From Candidatus Zambryskiibacteriota bacterium (GTDB taxonomy: Bacteria > Patescibacteriota > Minisyncoccia > Phycocordibacterales > WO2-35-19): DNA of 64,000 bases. How positions within the stretch are numbered: position 1 is the first letter of the stretch; every line of letters starts with the position of its first letter. The position numbers were made by a program, and so were the translations under genes. The notes beneath the pieces were generated by a model. That model worked only from the letters and a program-made list of their open reading frames with translations. It was not told the DNA's origin and searched no databases. Shown in pieces: positions 40,851 through 48,633 of the stretch. The stretch spans positions 28,463 to 92,462 of the forward strand of contig JASNZL010000004.1 in assembly GCA_048499675.1 (NCBI GenBank). Reading direction: 5' to 3'.

Positions 40851-41804
40851 ATGAACAAAAGGATATTATCTGGGGTTAAACCCACAGGCAAACCGCATTT
40901 GGGAAATTACTTTGGTGCTATGCGCCAGTTTGTTGATTTACAAAATCAAAACGAGGGAGAGAATTTCTTTATGATTGCAAACTATCACGCTCTCAATTTT
41001 ATCCAAAATGGCGAAGAACTTAGAGAACTAACGGATAGTTTGATTATTGATTTCCTCGCAATAGGTTTGGACCCAAAGAAATCTAATATATTCAAACAAT
41101 CTGATGTTTCGGAGCACACAGAACTTGCTTGGATTTTTGATTCAATTACGACAGTCCCTTATTTGAAAAGAGCTCATGCTTACAAAGACGCACTAGCAAA
41201 GGGCGGGGAAGAGAGTGTGAGCGCTGGCACATTTACATATCCAATGCTTATGGCTTCTGACATTCTGCTCTACTCGCCGGACATTGTTCCTGTGGGCTAT
41301 GACCAAAAACAACACATTGAATTTGCAAGAGATACTGCAGAAAAATTTAATAGAATTTTCTCTGAAACTTTCAAAATGCCCGAGGATTATATTATTCCAA
41401 ATGTAGAAACAGTCCCCGGTATTGATGGTAAAAAAATGAGTAAGAGTTATGGAAATACAATAGGGCTTTTTGCAAACGATGAAGAAATTGAAGAAAAAGT
41501 GATGGCTATTGTTACAGATTCTAGTGGTGAAGTACCTACAAATGTTTATGCGATACATCGACTAATAAGAAATGAAGAGGAGATAAATAATATCTACGAA
41601 GATAATAAAGGTAAGTACAAAATACTAAAAGAAATTTTGATAGAAGATTTGAAAAATTTTATAAGACCTCTAAGAGAAAAAAGGCAAGAAATTGAATCAA
41701 ATAAAAACTATATTAGTGAAGCACTAAAAACAGGCACAGAAAGAGCCCGCGCGGTCGCGAGCTCAAAACTTGTTGAGGCCAAAGGAGCTATTGGTGCTCT
41801 TTAG
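40851..41804 (+). CDS. trpS: Tryptophan--tRNA ligase
   Basis: Class I HIGH-like GKPHLGNYFG and KMSKS (KKMSKS) are present. Confidence 0.9.
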   Translation: MNKRILSGVKPTGKPHLGNYFGAMRQFVDLQNQNEGENFFMIANYHALNFIQNGEELRELTDSLIIDFLAIGLDPKKSNIFKQSDVSEHTELAWIFDSITTVPYLKRAHAYKDALAKGGEESVSAGTFTYPMLMASDILLYSPDIVPVGYDQKQHIEFARDTAEKFNRIFSETFKMPEDYIIPNVETVPGIDGKKMSKSYGNTIGLFANDEEIEEKVMAIVTDSSGEVPTNVYAIHRLIRNEEEINNIYEDNKGKYKILKEILIEDLKNFIRPLREKRQEIESNKNYISEALKTGTERARAVASSKLVEAKGAIGAL

Positions 41805-41935
41805 GTTCATTTGGCAAACGACGGATGTCCTCATCCACATCCTTACCAAAAAACAATGCTCGGCCAAGTGCAAGAATTGCTACACCGACCATAATCTGGA
41901 ATAATTTTCCAAAAATGAAGTGTGCATCCTCCATT
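41789..41935 (-). CDS. Small single-TM protein (48 aa), not in the ORF track
   Basis: atg at 41935 has GGAGG five nt upstream on the - strand. It reads MEDAHFIFGKLFQIMVGVAILALGRALFFGKDVDEDIRRLPNEPKEHQ and overlaps the trpS 3' end by 16 nt. Confidence 0.3.
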
Positions 41936-41989
41936 TAAACCCTCCTTTTCCTTTGACAGGATAGTACAATTTTAATATAATGTCAACTT

Positions 41990-43771
41990 ATGCAAACTGA
42001 ACAATCAAATAACGTAGGTATGCTGGTAGTCTTAAAGTACCTATGGAAAGCAGTCAGTCCACAAAAATGGTCTGTTTACTTCACCATATCTGCTTTTTTG
42101 GTAACAAACATCATATCTATACTTATCCCTTTAATATACAAAAAATTCTTTGATATCTTGGCACAAGACGGAGATAAACTACTTTTGAGTCCTAGCCTCA
42201 TAAAATTAATTTTGTATATTTTCTTCCTCCACTGCGTAGTTTGGGTATTTTTCAGAACTGGAATGCTTGCATTAAATAAACTAGAGTCGAGAACCATGGC
42301 GAGAATAAGGCAGATGTCTTTTGACTACATGCTTAAACATTCTTATTCTTTTTACACAAACAACTTTACTGGTTCATTAGTTCAAAAAGTGAGCCGTTTT
42401 AGTAGATCTTTTGAAAGACTCTACGATATGCTTGTTTTCAATGTTATACCACTAGTCATACACGCGACTGGAGTAATAATTGTGGTTTATTTCCAAGAGC
42501 CTTTTATTTCCTACATCATACTTGCTTGGATAACAATTATTTTTATTTTTAATTACTTCTTCCAAAAGTGGAAATTAAAATATGATTTGCTCGCCACAAA
42601 AGCAGACTCCGCAACAAGCGGAGCTTTGGCCGATGCTCTCTCAAATCAAAACACAATCGTTTCTTTCAATGGTTTTTTGAAAGAGTCAGAAGACTTCAAA
42701 AAAATTACCCTAGACCAGTCTGACAAGCAAATACATACTTGGAATCTTTCGATTATAAAAGATTTGGTCCAGTCGGGGCTTATGATTATAGTCGAGCTTG
42801 TGATTTTCTATTACGCAATAAAATTCTGGGAAAGAGATTTGATAACGGTCGGTACTTTTGTATTAATCCAAGTTTATATTTTGGGATTATCAAATAGGTT
42901 GTGGGATTTTGGAAGAATAATCAGAAACATATATGAAAGCTTTGCCGACTCAAAGGAAATGGTTGAGATACTAGAGATGCCATATGAAATAAAAGATATC
43001 CCAACAGCAAAAGACTTAAACGTAACAAAAGGTGAGATAGAATTTAAAAATGTAAATTTTGCTTTCAATCAAACAAGAAATGTTTTGGATGATATTAATT
43101 TGAGAATAAACAATGGTGAAAAAGTTGCGCTTATCGGACCATCCGGAGCAGGCAAATCTACAATAGTTAAATTGCTTCTAAGGATGTATGACTTAACTTC
43201 AGGAACAATAGAGATTGACGGACAAAACATAAAAGAAGCAACTCAAAATAGTCTGAGACAAAACATAAGTTTGGTACCACAAGATCCAGTACTCTTCCAT
43301 AGAACACTTATGGACAATATTAGATACGGCCGAGAAAATGCAACTGATGAAGAAGTTATGGAAGCTTCAAAACTGGCACACTGCGATGAGTTTATACAAG
43401 AGCTACCGCTAAAATACGAAACCTTTGTAGGAGAAAGGGGAATAAAACTTTCTGGTGGAGAAAGACAGCGAGTCGCTATCGCAAGAGCCATCTTAAAAAA
43501 TGCTCCAATCCTTATTCTAGACGAAGCCACTTCGAGTTTAGACTCACATTCTGAAAGTCTTATCCAAGATGCGCTTGAAAAATTGATGCATGGCAAAACA
43601 AGTATCGTAATCGCTCACCGACTTTCAACAATAAGAAAGATGGACAAAGTTATAGTTATAAAAGATGGGAAAGTCGCAGAAGAAGGAAGTCACGAAGAAT
43701 TAACCAAAAAAGAAGAAGGTATATACAAAAACCTATGGGAACTCCAAGCAGGTGGATTTTTGCCTGAATAG
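41990..43771 (+). CDS. ABC exporter, fused permease and ATPase (MsbA/type I exporter-like)
   Basis: Six N-terminal TM helices. Walker A GPSGAGKST, the signature LSGGERQR and Walker B ILILDEATS are present. Confidence 0.9.
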   Translation: MQTEQSNNVGMLVVLKYLWKAVSPQKWSVYFTISAFLVTNIISILIPLIYKKFFDILAQDGDKLLLSPSLIKLILYIFFLHCVVWVFFRTGMLALNKLESRTMARIRQMSFDYMLKHSYSFYTNNFTGSLVQKVSRFSRSFERLYDMLVFNVIPLVIHATGVIIVVYFQEPFISYIILAWITIIFIFNYFFQKWKLKYDLLATKADSATSGALADALSNQNTIVSFNGFLKESEDFKKITLDQSDKQIHTWNLSIIKDLVQSGLMIIVELVIFYYAIKFWERDLITVGTFVLIQVYILGLSNRLWDFGRIIRNIYESFADSKEMVEILEMPYEIKDIPTAKDLNVTKGEIEFKNVNFAFNQTRNVLDDINLRINNGEKVALIGPSGAGKSTIVKLLLRMYDLTSGTIEIDGQNIKEATQNSLRQNISLVPQDPVLFHRTLMDNIRYGRENATDEEVMEASKLAHCDEFIQELPLKYETFVGERGIKLSGGERQRVAIARAILKNAPILILDEATSSLDSHSESLIQDALEKLMHGKTSIVIAHRLSTIRKMDKVIVIKDGKVAEEGSHEELTKKEEGIYKNLWELQAGGFLPE

Positions 43772-43789
43772 TATTTTTTATCGTATTGT

Positions 43790-44100
43790 GATATAATAAA
43801 AGAAAGCAATGAAGCTGGCTTGAGTGTAGTAGCTCAAGAAAACACAGCTGAGCTTGAGGAAGAAAGTTGCCCTAAAACATTACTTAGTAATGTTCGGGTA
43901 AACAAGTAGAACCTCACGGGTAAGCCCGTTATAGCGATAATGAGTAATTTGCGAGTACCAGAGAATTGACCCTAAACACCAATAAATTGGTGTCGGGTGA
44001 TCCGCTCTAGTATAAGTGAATCAAGTAAGGTGGCACCGCGTTTAGAGACGCCCTTACAAAATTTCAACTTGTTTGAAATTTTGTAAGGGCGTATTTAATT
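43790..44100 (+). promoter_or_regulatory. T-box riboswitch leader controlling aspS (promoter, Stem I region, T-box sequence, and intrinsic terminator)
   Basis: Extended -10 TGaTATAAT at 43789-43797. T-box consensus aaGUAaGGUGGcACCGCG at 44023-44040. A 20 bp perfect terminator stem at 44049-44068 / 44074-44093 is followed by atttaattt. The T-box overlaps the 5' side of the terminator, as in antiterminator/terminator switching. The UGGC bulge base C fits tRNA-Asp G73. Confidence 0.65.
44049..44100 (+). terminator. Intrinsic terminator of the aspS T-box leader
   Basis: acgcccttacaaaatttcaa / ttgaaattttgtaagggcgt stem with a 5 nt loop and a U-rich tail. Confidence 0.7.
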
Positions 44101-44134
44101 TAAATTATTCCAAAATTAACATTAACCAAAAATT

Positions 44135-45529
44135 ATGGAGAGAATATATATAAAAGACCTAAACAAAGAAATAGGCAAAGAAGTTGTTATCAAAGGATGG
44201 GTGGATGTTGTAAGAGACCAAGGCAAAATGGTATTTTTTGATTTTAGAGACATGACAGGCAAGGTACAAGGAGTTGTTCTTACCGGCAATCAAGAATTAA
44301 CAGACCTTGCAAAGACAATAAGGCCTGAATGGGTAGTTTCAATAAATGGAATAGTCAACAAAAGACCTACAAAAATGGTAAATGAAAAAGTTTTAAACGG
44401 AGATATAGAACTTGAAGTAAAAGAAATAGAAATTCTAAACAAAGCCGAAACACTACCTTTTGATATAACAGTAGATACAGGAAATATAGATGAAAATACA
44501 AGACTCAAATACAGATATCTAGATCTTAGAAGCGAGAGGATGCAAAAAAATATTCGCCTTAGAAGTGAATTTGTAAAAAGAGTAAGGGAGCATTTGTTCA
44601 AAAAAATGTTTACCGAAATTGAGACGCCACTTCTTACCGAATCCACACCAGAAGGTAGTAGAGACTTTGTGGTGCCAAGCAGATTAAACCCTGGAAAATT
44701 TTATGCACTTCCGCAATCACCACAACAATACAAGCAACTCCTAATGACAGCTGGATTTGAAAAATATTTTCAAATAGCGAGAGCAATCAGAGACGAGGAC
44801 TTGAGAGCGGACCGTGGATTTGAACACACTCAAGTCGACATTGAAATGTCTTTTGTAAATATGGAGGATGTAATGAACACTGTAGAAGAGATGATTACAG
44901 AAGTTGTAGAAAGTCTTGGATATACAATCAAACAAAAACCATTTCCAAGAATAAGTTATAAAGATGCTATGGAAAAATACGGTGCTGATAAATTTGATTT
45001 GAGAACTGAAGAGGAAAAAGAGAAAGGAATTTTGGCTTATGCTTGGGTAGTAAACTTTCCATTTTTTGAAAAGACAGACGATGGTAAATGGACATTTACA
45101 CATAACCCATTTTCAATGCCAATCCCTGAACACGTTGAGTGGCTCTTGGAAGGCAAAAACATTGAGAAAATACTTACAACCCAATACGACCTTGTTTGCA
45201 ACGGATACGAGTCAGGAGGTGGGTCTGTAAGAGCACATAAGCCCGAAATTCTTCGCGCAACGTACAAAGTTATGGAATATACCGATGAGCAAATAGAACA
45301 CAGTGTAGGGCATATGTTAGACGCATTCAAATACGGAACACCTCCACATGGCGGAATTGCTCTTGGAGTTGAGAGAAATATAATGAACCTGACAGGAGAA
45401 TCTTTTCTTCGTGAAGTTCAAACATTTCCAATGACAAGAGGAGGACAGACGGCAGTGATGAAAGCGCCGAGCGATTTAAGCGAGAAACAGTTGAAGGAGT
45501 TGGGGATAGAGGTGAAGAAAGGGAAGTAG
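44135..45529 (+). CDS. aspS: Aspartate--tRNA ligase, short bacterial-type without the GAD insertion domain
   Basis: N-terminal OB fold. Motif 2 is FQIARAIRDEDLRADRGFEHTQVDIEMSF (bacterial FRDEDLRADRQPEFTQID). QSPQQYKQLLM and the motif 3 region GGGSVRAH are present. The protein is 464 aa. Confidence 0.9.
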   Translation: MERIYIKDLNKEIGKEVVIKGWVDVVRDQGKMVFFDFRDMTGKVQGVVLTGNQELTDLAKTIRPEWVVSINGIVNKRPTKMVNEKVLNGDIELEVKEIEILNKAETLPFDITVDTGNIDENTRLKYRYLDLRSERMQKNIRLRSEFVKRVREHLFKKMFTEIETPLLTESTPEGSRDFVVPSRLNPGKFYALPQSPQQYKQLLMTAGFEKYFQIARAIRDEDLRADRGFEHTQVDIEMSFVNMEDVMNTVEEMITEVVESLGYTIKQKPFPRISYKDAMEKYGADKFDLRTEEEKEKGILAYAWVVNFPFFEKTDDGKWTFTHNPFSMPIPEHVEWLLEGKNIEKILTTQYDLVCNGYESGGGSVRAHKPEILRATYKVMEYTDEQIEHSVGHMLDAFKYGTPPHGGIALGVERNIMNLTGESFLREVQTFPMTRGGQTAVMKAPSDLSEKQLKELGIEVKKGK

Positions 45530-45716
45530 AATTATCCTAATTTACCTAATTTCTAATTATTCTAAAGAAATAAGAAAGAAATTTTAGAATTAAAACAAAT
45601 AATTGTAGTTTTTGACCCTCAGATTTTTAATTTTGGATTTGTTTCGGATTTAGAGCTTAGAATTTAGTATTTAATTGTAGGTTACTTTATAAACCTTCTA
45701 ACTTCCCAACCTCCTC

Positions 45717-45755
45717 ATTCGTGTCATTCGCGCTAATTCGCGTATTGGTGTCGTG
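45717..45755. repeat. Motif F copy (attcgtgtcattcgc...gtattggtgtcg) upstream of scpA
   Basis: A second copy at 63447-63535 carries a 50 bp GC-rich internal insertion. Confidence 0.55.
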
Positions 45756-45804
45756 TTATTGACTTTCAAACTTTTTAACTAATTTTTATGCTAAAATATC
45801 CTTA

Positions 45805-46599
45805 ATGTTTGAAGATTTTAAGGTAAAGACAGAAGATTTTGAAGGACCCTTAGAGGTTCTTTTGGAACTAATCGAAAAAAGGAAACTGCACATAAGCACA
45901 GTGTCGCTATCAAAAGTGGCAGACGATTTTATAGAATTTACTAATTCTTTAGAAGAGAAAGATGGGAATTATATATCCAATCTAAGCGATTTTATTTTGG
46001 TTGCCTCAACACTTTTACTCATAAAATCAAAATCACTTTTGCCAACACTTGATTTATCCGAGGAAGAAGAAGAGAACATAGACGACCTAGAAAAAAGACT
46101 CCTTGAATACAAAAAGTTTAAGGAACTTTCTTTGGAGATAAGCAAAATGTTTGGTAATTTTCTATATTTCCCCCAAGAAAGAAAGAAAATAAATGTTGTA
46201 TTTGCTCCAACAAAGGAGATAAATTTGATTACACTAAAAGAAGCCTTGCAAAATGCATTGAACAATATTCCAGTCAAAGAGACAAAGCTCGCAGAAATCA
46301 CAGTCAAAAAAATAGTGAGTTTGGAAGATATGATAGATAAATTATCCGAGCGAATTCAAACAAGCATGAAAACTAGTTTTAAGAACTTCGCTAAAGCTAC
46401 GACAGGAGAGAATGATTTCTCAAAAGTAGGCAAAGGTGGACTTTATGAAATCCCAAAAGAAGAAAGGATAAATGTAATTGTTAGTTTCCTTGCTATGCTA
46501 GAACTAGTAAAACAAGGTATTATAAGAGTAAACCAAGAAAGCGAGTTTGATGATATAGAGATGGAGAATGATAGGGCAGGGGTACCGACATATAGTTAG
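45805..46599 (+). CDS. scpA: Segregation and condensation protein A
   Basis: FEGPLEVLLELIEKRKLHISTVSLSKVADDF is the ScpA N-terminus. Confidence 0.85.
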   Translation: MFEDFKVKTEDFEGPLEVLLELIEKRKLHISTVSLSKVADDFIEFTNSLEEKDGNYISNLSDFILVASTLLLIKSKSLLPTLDLSEEEEENIDDLEKRLLEYKKFKELSLEISKMFGNFLYFPQERKKINVVFAPTKEINLITLKEALQNALNNIPVKETKLAEITVKKIVSLEDMIDKLSERIQTSMKTSFKNFAKATTGENDFSKVGKGGLYEIPKEERINVIVSFLAMLELVKQGIIRVNQESEFDDIEMENDRAGVPTYS

Positions 46600-46792
46600 A
46601 AAGTTCATAAAGGCGCAAGTTATAAAGTAACCCGCAATTAAATACGAAATCCTAAATCCGAAATTCTAAACAAATTCTAAATCCGAAATTATAAATTCAA
46701 AACTTATGAGTAATTAGTGACTAAAAGTTTAAAATTAAATCATTGAAAATTTATTGAAAATTCTAAATTGAAAATTAAAAATTTTAAAAACC
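46600..46792. repeat. Repeat block (motifs B and C) separating scpA from scpB
   Basis: aatacgaaatcctaaatccgaaattctaaa... and tcattgaaaatttattgaaaattctaaattgaaaatt are shared with 54655-54700 and 57640-57695. Confidence 0.65.
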
Positions 46793-47338
46793 ATGAATCT
46801 CGAGTCAAAAATTGAAGCAATACTTTTTTATAAGAACGAGCCATTAAAGATAAAAAAATTATCAGAGATTTTGGGTGAATCAGAAAGCGCGATAAAAGAT
46901 TCTATAAAAAACTTATCCTCTTCACTCGAAGGAAGAGGAATATGTGTTGTGCAAACAGACGATGAAGTCTCTCTCGTGGTCTCCCTAGCACACAAAGAAC
47001 TAATAGATAAAATATCCCTAGACGAGATGAGTAAAGACATAGGCAAAGCTGGACTTGAGACTCTAGCAATCGTCCTATACAAAGGACCAATATCAAGAAG
47101 AGAAGTTGACCACATAAGAGGAGTTAATTCTACTTTTATCCTCCGAAACCTAACAATAAGAGGTTTGGTAGAAAAGGCCGAAAATACCGAAAACCAACGA
47201 GTACCAAAATACAAAGCAAGTATAAACCTACTTTCGCACTTGGGTATAAGAAACATTGAGGAATTGCCTGAATTTGCTATTTTAAATAGTAAGGCAAGTG
47301 AGGTAATACAAGAAGCAGAAACAGCACAAGAAGAATAA
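46793..47338 (+). CDS. scpB: Segregation and condensation protein B
   Basis: IEAILFYKNEPLKIKKLSEIL and a tandem winged-helix profile are present. Confidence 0.85.
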   Translation: MNLESKIEAILFYKNEPLKIKKLSEILGESESAIKDSIKNLSSSLEGRGICVVQTDDEVSLVVSLAHKELIDKISLDEMSKDIGKAGLETLAIVLYKGPISRREVDHIRGVNSTFILRNLTIRGLVEKAENTENQRVPKYKASINLLSHLGIRNIEELPEFAILNSKASEVIQEAETAQEE

Positions 47339-47342
47339 ATTT

Positions 47343-48290
47343 ATGAACAAACTAAAAGAATTTTTTAATATAGAAAACAGAACCAAATACTTTTTTCACG
47401 TACTTGTTTTTCTCTCTGTTCTGTCTATAATTTTTTTCTACTTACTGCTAATTGGTGAGAGGGCGCTCTATCGAAATGAACAGGTTGTCACTGCCGAAAA
47501 AATAAACCCTTTTGATGAAATAAGCTTAGAAGCCAAGAGTGCTTTTGTGTGGGATGTTATAAATCAAAGAGAATTATTTTCCAAAAATAGCGATCTACCG
47601 CTACCTCTTGCTTCACTGACAAAAGTAATGACAGCAATCACTGCGGATATTTACTTACCAGAAAATGCAAAAATAATTATTATAGATGAATATTTAAAAC
47701 CAGAAGGAGACTCAGGTCTTCTTGTGGGTGATATTTGGGATGCAAAAGATTTGCGAGATTTTATGCTAATGACATCTTCAAATGACGGCGCATACGCACT
47801 TGCTTCTGTCGCCCAAGCAATAAAAAGAAACGAACTCGACCCCCAAGCAGAGTTTATAAAAAAAATGAATGAAATAGCTTTGGATATTGGGCTAACAAAT
47901 AGCAAGTATATAAATGAACACGGACTTGATGAAAGTTTGGACAGGGGAGGAGCTTATGGAACAGCACGAGATAGTGCAATTCTGTTTGAATACGCCCTAA
48001 CAAATCACGGAGATATAATGGAAGCAACGAGATACAAAAACTTGAATTTCCAAAGTGGAGCACAAGCGTATAATGCAATCAACACCAACGGCTCAATTGA
48101 CGAAATACCGGGTCTTATTGCCTCAAAAACGGGCTTTACTGACCTCGCAGGGGGTAATTTGGTAATAGCGTTTGATGCCGGCCTCGGAAGGCCTATTATA
48201 GTCTCTATCCTTGGTTCCAGCCGAGAAGGCAGGTTTGTAGATACAAAGAAGTTGGTAGATGCAACGCTACAATACCTTTGGGAAGAATAG
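47343..48290 (+). CDS. D-alanyl-D-alanine carboxypeptidase (peptidase S11, PBP5/6-like)
   Basis: PLASLTKVMTA (SxxK), SSND (SxN) and KTGFT (KTG) are present. There is an N-terminal TM anchor. Confidence 0.8.
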   Translation: MNKLKEFFNIENRTKYFFHVLVFLSVLSIIFFYLLLIGERALYRNEQVVTAEKINPFDEISLEAKSAFVWDVINQRELFSKNSDLPLPLASLTKVMTAITADIYLPENAKIIIIDEYLKPEGDSGLLVGDIWDAKDLRDFMLMTSSNDGAYALASVAQAIKRNELDPQAEFIKKMNEIALDIGLTNSKYINEHGLDESLDRGGAYGTARDSAILFEYALTNHGDIMEATRYKNLNFQSGAQAYNAINTNGSIDEIPGLIASKTGFTDLAGGNLVIAFDAGLGRPIIVSILGSSREGRFVDTKKLVDATLQYLWEE

Positions 48291-48527
48291 ATATAAGAGA
48301 TAAGATATAAGAGATATGAGGATGATGGTTTGAAAGTTTATAAAGTTGGAAAGTTCATAAAGTTACCCACTAATCCGCGAATGCACACTAATCATACGAA
48401 TAAAAACCGGAAATTTAAAGATTGAATAATTGAAAATTTAAACAATATTTAAAAATTAAAAATTACAAAATTAAAAATTGATTAGTAATTAGTTATTCAT
48501 AACTCGTACTTCGTTACTTCGTATATC
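48291..48527. repeat. Repeat block (motifs D, C, E and a reverse-complement copy of A) preceding direct repeat 1
   Basis: gttacccactaatccgcgaatgcacactaatcatacgaataaaa matches 55937-55985. cataactcgtacttcgttacttcgtat is the reverse complement of motif A. Confidence 0.65.
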
Positions 48528-48557
48528 ATGATCGACATCGTAAAAGTATTTTTGCCG
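48528..48557 (+). repeat. Direct repeat 1: exact 30 bp copy of the 5' end of mraY (atgatcgacatcgtaaaagtatttttgccg)
   Basis: It is identical to 54775-54804. The match extends to 34 bp with one mismatch (tat[c/t]atg...). It lies in the intergenic region upstream of the dikinase operon. Confidence 0.85.
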
Positions 48558-48633
48558 CTAATTTACAATTGGAATTTGGAATTTATTTAAAATAATTAGG
48601 ATAATTAGAATAATTGTATTTAAACTTCGTATC

